A stretch of 63,935 nt of DNA, counting the filler, from Octopus bimaculoides (lineage: Eukaryota): the NCBI RefSeq assembly GCF_001194135.2. It is 8 parts of 8 records of this genome, joined end to end, with 100 filler letters (N's around TTAATTAATTAA, not from the genome) between each part and the next. Parts side by side here need not be neighbours in the genome. Positions count along the whole stretch, not along the records: positions 1 to 19,604 come from NC_069003.1; positions 19,705 to 25,291 come from NC_068988.1; 6 more parts are not named here. One strand, written 5' to 3'. How positions within the stretch are numbered: position 1 is the stretch's first letter; each line of letters opens with the position of its first letter. A program made the translations under genes and the position numbers. This document shows, piece after piece, positions 11,712-22,630 of this stretch. A model generated the notes under the pieces. That model made no database searches, was not told the DNA's origin, and saw nothing but the letters and a program-made list of their open reading frames with translations.

Positions 11712-12559
11712 AAAATGGGACAAGAACGCAAAACATCCAGACAGTTAGGTGATACAAGAAAGGGACAAAACATCCAGATAGACAATACAAGGAAACAAGG
11801 ACAGGTCATTCGGAGTTTTCTTTCCTCGGTCGAGATCCAGATTATCCTTGCAATTTCAGCTGCTTATTCTCGATATTGCTCCAATCTGGCCAGCCCCAAG
11901 GAAAAACGAAGCTAAGAGCATTAGATTTCTTGGAAGAAAGCAGCGAATGCATACAAAAACAAGGATGGAAAAAAAATGAACAATGTTACACAAATACAAT
12001 AAAAATTGCAGGACATAACAACAGAGGACGAATTAAATTAAGCTGGCGTGTGTAGAAATAAGGCCTTACGGCAGGGATACAAGATTTCACAGGCACAGGG
12101 AGGAATAATGATGTTGCATGCACAACGGCCGGCCAAGAAAGAAAGATCAGGCTTGGCCGAACACTGGTCACATGGGAAGAGAAGAGAGAGAGGTAGAGGC
12201 AGAGGGACAAAAGAATTAAGGAGGGGTGAGAAAAAATGACAGAGACACAGTGAAGTGAAAAGTGGAGGGAAAGTGAGCAAGAAGAGAAGGCAAGGAAATG
12301 TGAGTGAGGGAGAATGAAAGAACGAACAGGGGAATGAACGAATAAGGGTAAAGGGAGAAGGATGGGAGAAACCAAACAACATTCCAGTGGTACTTCCTTA
12401 AACCCACTAGATGCCAAGGCCCCATCTATAAGGTTAAAAGCTTTATAGATGTGAAACCATTGGTCACTCTATGACTGGATATATGTTTAACTGCATGTAA
12501 ATACCTTACTGCTCTATCCTTTAGAGTGTGCTTCTTTTTCAGATATATTATCCACTGAC

Positions 12560-12560
<1 letters not shown>
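11712..12560. repeat. Unclassified interspersed repeat between two (TA)n tracts
   Basis: GC-richer block resembling a repeat I recall from octopus assemblies; it ends in atccactgacga at the (TA)n tract. No interpretable ORF. Confidence 0.35.
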
Positions 12561-12613
<53 letters not shown>

Positions 12614-12623
12614 NNNNNNNNNN

Positions 12624-12883
12624 GCCCCAGGAGTCATCATCTCCAGCTGGCTATATGACACGATCTGTGTCCTTATATTTGCAAACAAGGGAATCTAGCA
12701 CCCCCACTCAGCTCAAAACAATATCTGTGTATCACGATTTTTGGGTTATTTACCTTGTTCAAAAATATAAGGACACAGATTGTGTCGTATAGCCAGCTGG
12801 AGACAATGTCTCTTGGGGTAAAAATACAGCCTTCATTCGTCCTAAACCAGGACTGCCATATTATGTTGGCAAAAAATCTTTAC
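12624..12883. mobile_element. Palindromic MITE, left end in gap; same family as 40429-40639
   Basis: Internal inverted repeats ctccagctggctatatgacacgatctgtgtccttatattt / aaatataaggacacagattgtgtcgtatagccagctggag; the right end gtcctaaaccaggactgccatattatgttggcaaaaaatctttac is shared with the 40.4-kb copy. Confidence 0.7.
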
Positions 12884-13214
12884 CACAAGATATGAGGAGT
12901 TTAAGTCAAGGTAACCTAAACTAATAGGTATGTGTTCTGAGTGCTCCAATAGGTAATTCACCAAAATTCCAATTAGAACAACAGTTGGAGTTGTGGTTGT
13001 GTGAAAGTCTTGTTCAAAAAATCTGGCAGTTGGTGACTTACTTTTAGTCGGTAGGTATTGGTTAAAGTAGTGAGTAAGGCAAACAATTAGTCAAAGCAGG
13101 ACTATGACATTTAAATTTATTTAATTCAGTCTAAAAATAGTAAAATAATACAAGACTGGAAAAGATAGTAGTGAAAGTCTGTAATAGCTGTTTCTGGGAT
13201 ATCCCAGCTATTCT

Positions 13215-13350
13215 AATCTATGCACAAGGCCTGAAAGGATGAAAGGCAAAATCAACCTGGGCGGGATTTGAACTCAGAACACAAAGACAGACGAAATACT
13301 GCTGAGCATTTCAGCTGGTGTGCTAATGTTTCTGCCAGCTTGCCACCTTA
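13215..13350 (-). mobile_element. tRNA-derived SINE (family of the 4445 cluster), internally deleted
   Basis: Reverse complement begins aaggtggcaagctggcagaaacattagcac..gttctgagttcaaatccc. Confidence 0.7.
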
Positions 13351-13659
13351 AGGGATATATGTCCCAGCTATTGTATCATCATGTCAATTAAAGACATTAT
13401 AAACCAAGTATTCTGTCATTAGAGAAATGAAGCAATGTATGATAGACAGTGAAAGGAAAGCTCCTCATTTAATGATATTCATTACAGTTCATAATGTTTC
13501 ATTATGTTCAGGGGGGAAGGAGGGTTTAATTAAATCCATTTGAATCAGTTCTTTCTCGGGTATATCCTTTGGTAAATCCTTAGGTGAATTCATTATCATA
13601 AGAGTGGTTTCTTTCACATTCTCACAGTGATATATTACTTAACCAACGGCCCCTCCCTC

Positions 13660-13900
13660 TTAAAGGATGTTTGTCTTGTGAGTTACTCAGTGATCCAGTC
13701 AGTGTTGAGGCCACATAAAAAGCATCCAGTCCACACTGTAAAGTGGTTGGCATTTGGAAGGACATCCAGCTGTTAAAAACCATGCCAAAACAGACACTGA
13801 AGCCTGGTGCAGCCTTCTGCCGAGCCAACTGCTGTCAAACCATCCAACCCATGCCAGCATGGAAAGCAGATGTTAAATGATGAGAAAGATGATGATGATG
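13660..13900 (+). mobile_element. RTE-type LINE/SINE 3' tail ending in (GAT)n
   Basis: catccagctgt..aaaccatccaacccatgccagcatggaaagcagatgttaaatgatga..(gat)n; homologous to the 3' UTR linked to RTE coding sequence at 15641-16258. Confidence 0.7.
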
Positions 13901-13916
13901 ATATATATATATATAC

Positions 13917-14000
<84 letters not shown>

Positions 14001-14002
<2 letters not shown>

Positions 14003-14205
14003 CATCATCATCATCATCATCGTTTAACGTCCGCTTTCCATGCTAGCATGGGTTGGACGATTTGACTGAGGACTGGTGAAACCGGATGGCAACACCAGGC
14101 TCCAGTCTGATTTGGCAGAGTTTCTACAGCTGGATGCCCTTCCTAACGCCAACCACTCAGAGAGTGTAGTGGGTGCTTTTACGTGTCACCCGCACGAAAA
14201 CGGCC
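14001..14205 (-). mobile_element. RTE-type 3' tail with (GAT)n
   Basis: (cat)n-cgtttaacgtccgctttccatgctagcatgggttggacg..ctacagctggatgcccttcctaacgccaaccac; same family as the 13660 and 15641 copies. Confidence 0.75.
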
Positions 14206-14339
14206 ATACATATATACATACATATATATATGTAATATGTATATATAAACAAATACACCCACACATACATACACACACAAATATATATACACATATATAT
14301 ATGTGTGTGTATGTATATATGCATATGTGTATGTATATA

Positions 14340-15598
14340 CAGGGGTTGGACAAAATAATGGAAACGCTTACAATTTCAAACAAATATATTTTAATATGGG
14401 GTTGGACTCTGGAAGAAGTAATCCAAGGTATGGACTCATACAAAGTTTGAATTGTTTCCAAAGGAATTTTTGTCCATTCTTCAGCTAAAACAGTCTCCAG
14501 TTCTTGTAGTGATGGTGGTGGAGGATATCGACTCCTTACTTGTTTTTCTAAAATGCACCATAAATGTTCAATAATATTGAGATCTGGGGACTGTGGTGGC
14601 CAGATAAGATGTTCAACTTCACTAGAATGTTCCTCATGCCATTCAGTAACAACTTTAGCTGTGTGAATTGGTGCATTATCATCCTGAAAGATTGTGTTTC
14701 CCTCCGGAAACAGTTCCACAACAATAGGATGAATTAGATCAGATAAAATGCTTAGTCTTCACTATTAACTCTGCCAAGCAAGGAAACCATTGGGTCGGCA
14801 GATTTCCAAGATATAGCCCTCCCCACCAGATCATCTCAGATCCTCCTCCATGTTTAACAGTTGGAAGAAGGCAGTCTGGGTCAAATGCTTCTTTTGGCTT
14901 GTCTCTACGCGTAGACTCGGCCAGTGGTTGGAAATAAGGTAAAGGATGACTCATCCAAGAAAATAACATTCTTCCACTGCTCTAGGGACCAATCCTGTAG
15001 TTTTTTACTCCACTCTCAATGCTTTGCAACATTTGTTTTATGAAAGTAATGGTTTTCTGATTGCAGCCATCTCATGAAATCCATCTTTGTGCAGCTCCTG
15101 GCGAACAGTTTTTGTGGAAACCTGATTCCCAAAGTGGTCATTAAGCACTGCAGTAATTTTGGGAGCTGTACTTTTGTGATCCTTTCTATCAATTCATATA
15201 ACAGTCCAACGGTCCCTATCTAAAAGTTTTGGTTTTCTTCCAGAGTTTTGTTTTGACGAGGAGGTTTTTCCCTCTTTCTCAAAGGCTGTCATTACTTTTG
15301 AGACAGTGCTTCTTAATACACCAAACATTTCGGCTATTTTCATTACGCTAGTGCTTGCCATACAAGCACCAACAATTTGACCTCTTTGAAAGTCTGATAG
15401 ATTTGTCATTTTAATGAATTTTAATTACCTTTTTCTGATGATATCTGAAAAGAAACAGCAATTTTAACAAAACACATTAAGCAATACTAATAATAAATCA
15501 AAAAACATAAAAATAAACAAGCTTTTGACAGTTTTATAGATATTTCAAAGTTATGATGCTATAACGCTAGGTGTTTCCATTATTTTGTCCAACTCCTG
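14340..15598 (-). mobile_element. Near full-length Tc1-like transposon with DD36E spacing, frameshifted
   Basis: TIRs caggggttggacaaaataatggaaac (14340) and gtttccattattttgtccaactcctg (ending 15598), one mismatch in 26 bp, with TA on both sides. HTH region MTNLSDFQRGQIVGA..SGRKPKL; NVIFLDESSFTLF; FQDDNAPIHTAK..WPPQSPDLNIIEHLW with 36 residues between D and E. Confidence 0.93.
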
Positions 15599-15640
15599 TA
15601 TGTGTGTGTGTGTGTGTGTGTGTATTTGTATATGTTATAT

Positions 15641-16258
15641 ATCATCATCATCATCATCATCATTTAACATCCGCTTTCCATGATGGCATGAGTTGGATGG
15701 TTTGACTGAGGACTGGTAAGCCAGGAGGCTGATCTGGCAAGGTTTCTACAGCTGGATGCCCTTCCTAACACCAACCACTCCAAATGTGTAGTGGGTGTCT
15801 TTTATGTGCCACTGGCACGGGAGCCAGTCAGGCAGCACTGGCATCAGCCCCGCTTGAATGGTGCTTTTTCCATGTCACCAGCACGGGTACCAGTCAGGCA
15901 GTACTGGCATTGGCCACGACAGGTCCTCTCAAGCACAGCATGTTGCCCAACGATTGAAGGGTACTCTTAAATGGGCTGGTTATGCGACACTGACATAGGC
16001 CTTAGCTATGATATCACTTGGCTTGCTGGGTCTTCTCGAGTACAGCATATCTCCAAAAGTCTTGGTTTCTTGTTATTGCCTCTGCGAGGCCCAACATTCG
16101 AAGGTCATGCTTCACCACCTCATCCCAGGTCTTCCTGGGTCTATTTCTTCCTCAGGTTCCCTCCACTGTTACGGTGTGACACTTCTTCACACAGCTGTCC
16201 TCATCCATATATAACACATGACCATACCAGTCATCTCTTTTGCATACCACATCTGATA
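15641..16258 (-). mobile_element. RTE-clade LINE 3' fragment (ORF2 C-terminus, 3' UTR, (GAT)n tail)
   Basis: WYGHVLYMDEDSCVKKCHTVTVEGT..RPRKTWDEVVKHDLRMLGL..WRYAVLEKT is a typical RTE C-terminus without a zinc knuckle. Confidence 0.88.
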
Positions 16259-16264
16259 TATTTG

Positions 16265-16297
<33 letters not shown>

Positions 16298-16888
16298 NNN
16301 NNNNNNNNNNNNNNNNNNNNNNNNNNNNNNNNNNNNNNNNNNNNNNNNNNNNNNNNNNNNNNNNNNNNNNNNNNNNNNNNNNNNNNNNNNNNNNNNNNNN
16401 NNNNNNNNNNNNNNNNNNNNNNNNNNNNNNNNNNNNNNNNNNNNNNNNNNNNNNNNNNNNNNNNNNNNNNNNNNNNNNNNNNNNNNNNNNNNNNNNNNNN
16501 NNNNNNNNNNNNNNNNNNNNNNNNNNNNNNNNNNNNNNNNNNNNNNNNNNNNNNNNNNNNNNNNNNNNNNNNNNNNNNNNNNNNNNNNNNNNNNNNNNNN
16601 NNNNNNNNNNNNNNNNNNNNNNNNNNNNNNNNNNNNNNNNNNNNNNNNNNNNNNNNNNNNNNNNNNNNNNNNNNNNNNNNNNNNNNNNNNNNNNNNNNNN
16701 NNNNNNNNNNNNNNNNNNNNNNNNNNNNNNNNNNNNNNNNNNNNNNNNNNNNNNNNNNNNNNNNNNNNNNNNNNNNNNNNNNNNNNNNNNNNNNNNNNNN
16801 NNNNNNNNNNNNNNNNNNNNNNNNNNNNNNNNNNNNNNNNNNNNNNNNNNNNNNNNNNNNNNNNNNNNNNNNNNNNNNNNNNNNNNNN

Positions 16889-16922
<34 letters not shown>

Positions 16923-17741
16923 CCATATATATATATATATGTCTATCTATATATAGAGAGACAGACAGGCATAGACAGATGTAAGCATGGTTATGTTTTT
17001 ATGTGATTCAGGAAATTGCTTTGCAGCCATATAGTTTCATTTTTAGTCCAATTGCAGCACACTTTACACAAGTGTCTTCTACTACCTAAAAGCAAAAATC
17101 TGTCTCTCTGAGACCCCTGTATCTCAGTCTACATTAGGCCTACATAGACATAATATACCTTTGTGGAATCAGGATGATCTGGGATTGAAAATCTGCTCTT
17201 CGTTTGGTTCTTGAACATCCAGCATTGGGATCTAATTTAAAAGCATTTGGGTTGCTATTTCTAGCATGTAAAGCTTGGCTGATTCATACCATCTTGGTTG
17301 GCGTTCATTAGATGATGTTGTTTGTCAGATGAAGTTAATTTTATGTCAAATTAATAACTTTGGGACAAATTGGTCAACAGTTGGAATTCGAATTGGGACA
17401 GGAACAATAGAATGATTGCATTACAGAATTAATTCTTATCCATCCTTAACCTCTGATCAAACACTACTAGGACATATAGTCATTATAGACATATTATAGT
17501 CATGCTATTTACGTCTGTTTAGTTTTAGTTTGCAGGCCCACTTAGCCCTTCGCATGAGGGCTTTTAAGCTAGTATATATATAAAATAAAGAAATTTTATT
17601 CACCAACGTAGTGTTAAGCACTCATTCTCATTGTTCAACATTTATGTATATATATATATATCATCATCATCATCATCATCATTATCATTTAACATCTGCC
17701 TTCCAAGCTAGCATGTATATGTATGTGTGTGTGTGTGTGTG

Positions 17742-17773
<32 letters not shown>

Positions 17774-17887
17774 CATGTGTGTGGATATATTAATATATAT
17801 ATAAAGAGAGATAGAGATACATACATATATATATACATATACATATATATATATTACATGTTTATATAGTGTACAGACACACACACA

Positions 17888-17949
<62 letters not shown>

Positions 17950-18799
17950 NNNNNNNNNNNNNNNNNNNNNNNNNNNNNNNNNNNNNNNNNNNNNNNNNNN
18001 NNNNNNNNNNNNNNNNNNNNNNNNNNNNNNNNNNNNNNNNNNNNNNNNNNNNNNNNNNNNNNNNNNNNNNNNNNNNNNNNNNNNNNNNNNNNNNNNNNNN
18101 NNNNNNNNNNNNNNNNNNNNNNNNNNNNNNNNNNNNNNNNNNNNNNNNNNNNNNNNNNNNNNNNNNNNNNNNNNNNNNNNNNNNNNNNNNNNNNNNNNNN
18201 NNNNNNNNNNNNNNNNNNNNNNNNNNNNNNNNNNNNNNNNNNNNNNNNNNNNNNNNNNNNNNNNNNNNNNNNNNNNNNNNNNNNNNNNNNNNNNNNNNNN
18301 NNNNNNNNNNNNNNNNNNNNNNNNNNNNNNNNNNNNNNNNNNNNNNNNNNNNNNNNNNNNNNNNNNNNNNNNNNNNNNNNNNNNNNNNNNNNNNNNNNNN
18401 NNNNNNNNNNNNNNNNNNNNNNNNNNNNNNNNNNNNNNNNNNNNNNNNNNNNNNNNNNNNNNNNNNNNNNNNNNNNNNNNNNNNNNNNNNNNNNNNNNNN
18501 NNNNNNNNNNNNNNNNNNNNNNNNNNNNNNNNNNNNNNNNNNNNNNNNNNNNNNNNNNNNNNNNNNNNNNNNNNNNNNNNNNNNNNNNNNNNNNNNNNNN
18601 NNNNNNNNNNNNNNNNNNNNNNNNNNNNNNNNNNNNNNNNNNNNNNNNNNNNNNNNNNNNNNNNNNNNNNNNNNNNNNNNNNNNNNNNNNNNNNNNNNNN
18701 NNNNNNNNNNNNNNNNNNNNNNNNNNNNNNNNNNNNNNNNNNNNNNNNNNNNNNNNNNNNNNNNNNNNNNNNNNNNNNNNNNNNNNNNNNNNNNNNNNT

Positions 18800-19085
18800 A
18801 TTTATCATAGTCCTCCAGGCAATCACAGAGGAGTTCAAGACAGGTTTCCCCTGGGAGCTCCTCTATGCTGATGACCTTGCCCTAATTGCGGAGTCACTAT
18901 CAGAACTAGAGAAGTTTCAGGTGTGGAAGCAAGGTCTAGAATTGAAGGGCCTTAGAGTCAACCTAGCTAAAACCAAAATCCTAATAAGTAGGAAGGTAGA
19001 TAAAACACAAACCCCTTCAGGTAGATGGCCCTGCTCAGTATGTAGAAAAGGAGTAGGTAGTAACTCTATAAGATGTACGCACAGC
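18800..19085 (+). mobile_element. RTE-clade LINE RT fragment
   Basis: FIIVLQAITEEFKTGFPWELLYADDLALIAES (YADD at 18864-18875), WKQGLELKGLRVNLAKTKIL, then WPCSVCRKGVGSNSIRCT. Confidence 0.88.
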
Positions 19086-19604
19086 TATAACAGCTATAAC
19101 AGAAGACACTTGCCTAAGGTTCCTTGCCATGTGACAAAATCTGTAAAATCTCATGGTAAGCAACCTTTTTAACTGCACTTTCACACCTTAACCTGTGCGT
19201 ATTGAATGGTATCAAATGGTATTTGGTATTGAGTCATAACAAAGTGGTTGCTTATTCAAATACAGCTAGGAAGTTGGATTTCATAAGGGAAGTTAGTTTA
19301 TGTGTGTGTGTTTGTGTGGCCATTAAGGTTTGAGTGCATGTGAGTGAACGGTTAATTTGTGGGTGTTGGTTGGAGTAGACATGTAGAAAGAGGTGGCGTG
19401 TGAGACTTTTTAAAAAAATTATATTGGAGAAGGTGGAGAAGAATTTGGGTGTGTTTTAAATTGTATGTTGTACATATTTGCTGATGTATGAATAGGTGTG
19501 AATGTGTGTGTCTTCCATGTGAGAGCATGTGTGTATACATACATATATTCATGCATACACACACATTCATACATACATATACATACATATATATATATAT
19601 ATAT

Positions 19605-19704
19605 NNNNNNNNNNNNNNNNNNNNNNNNNNNNNNNNNNNNNNNNNNNNTTAATTAATTAANNNNNNNNNNNNNNNNNNNNNNNNNNNNNNNNNNNNNNNN
19701 NNNN
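19605..19704. other. Artificial 100-bp scaffold spacer (44 N + TTAATTAATTAA + 44 N); also near 25336, 53894, 55970, 58687, 60785, 62831
   Basis: The same palindromic 12-mer, with stops in all six frames, is centred in N runs seven times; 44+12+44 counted at this copy. Confidence 0.93.
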
Positions 19705-20618
19705 CTATTTCTTTCTTTACCCATAATTTTAGATAACATTTTGCAGAAATACGTTTTCGAGAGAGTGTGGATTACATTAGATTGAAAGTTCAACGAAGTT
19801 TGAAATGAATAAATGAAGATGAAAAGATTACAGAAGTTAGTGGCAACGAAGTTTGGAGATATAGACGATAAATTCATCTTTAAAAAAAACACGTTAGAGT
19901 TTTTGCATGTATGAGTGAAATAGAATAAAAGTAAAATATTAACGAAATATCTTTTTCCTACCTATTAAAATCACTGGATATAATATATATAATAATCCCG
20001 AATAGATTTTCCTGGCTTACCAGTCCTCAGCAATGGAGAACGCTGGTGGACCTGATCGGCTCTACGCATGTTGATATCTCTGGGGCCATTAACCGTGGAC
20101 GATCCCAGCCAGCCCCATCAAGCAAGAGCATGAAGCAAGCAAAAATCTCTGCCACGAAATTTAACGACTAGTTCTCATAAAAAAAGGAAAAATATTTAAT
20201 AACCGGTTCGTGCAAGCATCTGTGAACTAGCTCCATCTCAGCCTTGCTTGAATTATATAATGCGATGATGGAGTATTACTTGGAAGGAAATGCTTCACAG
20301 TGATGGAGAAACATGGTTCAATGATATCACTATCATTGTAAGAAACATGTACAAGATAATACTCACCACCCGAGGGTTATAGTATGATGGCTGAAGAAGG
20401 CATAGAACGGTAGAATAGTCTCTGTCTCATTGCCTATGCTATACTCAATAAACTCATTGACACTGACATCACTACCCGATAAGTTTATGGCCTGCCTGGA
20501 GGTCACTATTCATTCATAGTGTAATTATTTTTTTAACATTTTGTGTTTCCTCAATCGAATACATACCGATATCATTAATAATAAAATTATGTATTTCACT
20601 ATCTAACATATTAAATTA

Positions 20619-20736
20619 TCAGGTCATCCCATAAGTTCTGTCCGAATTTTGAATAAAGAAAACAAGTGATCAAATGTTATATTTAATTGAAATTTAATCA
20701 TCAATGTACTTTACCTGATTCTCTATGACTTCCTCC
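20619..20736 (-). mobile_element. Mariner terminal fragment (TIR plus transposase C-terminus)
   Basis: TA-tcaggtcatcccataagttctgtccg is a mariner-like end; the minus strand reads EEVIENQVKYIDD-stop. Confidence 0.55.
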
Positions 20737-21149
20737 TGATTTCACATTCAGTCAAAAAACATTAAAGTTAATTTTTAAAAAATTGTGCTACAGTAGCATG
20801 ATGACTCTGGAAATTTTTCTTGAACCTTCAAGATGTTTTATTTGCTCCATTGCTACGTTGAATGGGATTTGGACACACACAATCTGATTTACAATTGTCT
20901 ATAGTTGATAGAAACTATTTTATCTACTTAATCGAATCAAAATCAAACTTTTTTTTACATCACTACACGGAAACATTCCAAATTTATCATTCAATACTGC
21001 ATTCCTTTCTTTTTTTTCTGAACGCTTACGTTTTGCCTTTCAAAGTAAAAACATATTTTCTCTTACAAAAGAAATGTTAACTTTAAGATTCTCAAATATG
21101 TCTAACAAATAATATAATTTGCAAAGTCAGTTCCTATCATGAGAGAATT

Positions 21150-21960
21150 CGGAAATTTGAGTTCTTTGCGGATAAAAACAACATTAGTACGTTTGCTAAG
21201 TCTCTTAGCTATATCAAAGCTCATCCGTTTGGCAGCCATCGCATGACTGTTTGCAGAGAAACTTTGTTGGACTAGAATCCCATTTAATTACAGAGGTTTT
21301 TAAACATAGCTTTTCAAAGTGTAGCTATTAATGAAAGTAATCGTTTTAACTGCATTTTGTAGTGCTGCACTTAGATTTGAAAATTTTTTAAAATCACTAA
21401 TACTTTTGTCATGAATTATGCAATGAGTGGATATAATAAGTGCATTAGTTCCGGATTTAACTTTATCATGGAATTTTACGTTTCTTCCCGTCATTGATTC
21501 TGCGCTGGTACATCTAAAAATGTATTTATTCCATTTCAGATCTACATCCTTAAGAAAATAGTCCACCTTGATGAAAACCTCTTCACATATTGCACATCTA
21601 TCTAATGATTGATAAATCACCAAATCTTCGATAATGCTGTTTTCATACGAAAACAACGTGTACGAGGATTTACTATTTCATACTACATGTACCAATAGTT
21701 GAATGGCGTTTGTAATGTTGGCCGATTCCATCTTAATCACAAATTTACTACATCCTTCAAGTTCTTCAATTATGTTGCCGAAATCGGCTATTGATAATTT
21801 CGAGAATTCTTTTGCATGCTGTATCATTTGCCATTGGAATTGTTTCTTTTTCGTTCACATAGGTCTTCCCATGAATAATTTCTGGGATTCTAGTAACACA
21901 GTTCCTCGTCAATCATGTATGATTTCTTAGCTTTTGTAATTCAGTATGAGGTTTTGTATG
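21150..21960 (-). mobile_element. hAT (Buster/ZBED5-like) transposase relic
   Basis: SKFVIKMESANITNAIQLLVHV, LKWNK..SAESMTG..IISTHCIIH..AVKTITFINS and MRWL resemble the Buster-type DES, THCxxH and RW motifs; multiple stops. Confidence 0.7.
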
Positions 21961-22515
21961 ACACTCAAAAATAGAATTTTCCTCGAACTAACGAGATGAT
22001 ATTAATCTTTTAGAAAACGACAAACATTTGCTGAATAGGAAACACATCCAGTTTTAAAATGTTCCTAAATTAGCAGACTTCGTACTTTCACTCGCCAAAT
22101 ATTCATTGCAAATTATGTAATTAAGTAATTAAGGATGGAATTTTCCATGCCTAAGTGCAAAAATAAATCCAGGTAGTAAAAATGGTTTTTAGAGCTACTG
22201 CTTTTTTGTGCAGAATTTTTGAGCTTCTACACTTTCCCTTACTTTCTATAGGAATTTTTGTCAGCTGTGTATATCAGCTGCGCGCACATGCGTGTGCACG
22301 CGCACGTATACGAATACATGTGCATTAGCACCTGCCATATACTCATCCGTGCGCGAACATATGTAGGATACATATTTGGGTGTGTGTGTGTGCATGGATG
22401 ATTGGTGAACGTGACTATGTACATTCATGTATTTATATGTGAACGTATGAATGTGTGCGTGTTGGAATGTGTGGAAGGACATATAGGCACACACACACAC
22501 ACGCACGCACGCACG

Positions 22516-22630
22516 CGTGGAGCTTAGGTGTTTCGCTCATAAACACACACATCGCTCGGTCTGAGATTCGAACTCGCGATCCCTCGACCGCGAGTCCGCT
22601 GCTCTAACTACTAAGCCATGTGCCTCCACG
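22516..22630 (-). mobile_element. tRNA-derived SINE 5' head
   Basis: Reverse complement gtggaggcacatggcttagtagttagagc..gcgagttcgaatctcagaccg carries A and B boxes, followed by the body gtgtttatgagcgaaacacctaagctccacg shared with 49799. Confidence 0.75.

Noticed and set aside
17150-17430. Protein-like minus-strand stretch with donor AAG|gtat
   Set aside because: Every frame has stops and no acceptor or recognisable family was found.
19649-19660. Recurrent palindrome TTAATTAATTAA (seven copies) as a biological motif or CRISPR-like repeat
   Set aside because: Always centred in N runs making a 100-bp block; six-frame-stop scaffold spacer.
20005-20035. Hammerhead-like CTGAGGA-ctgg-taag-ccag-GAAA on the minus strand
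   Set aside because: Stem I cannot form, and the 20-mer is identical to the RTE 3' UTR at about 15705, so it is likely a tail fragment.
22516-22630. Possible tRNA gene
   Set aside because: A and B boxes are present but the acceptor stem does not close and the sequence runs into a SINE body also found at 49799.
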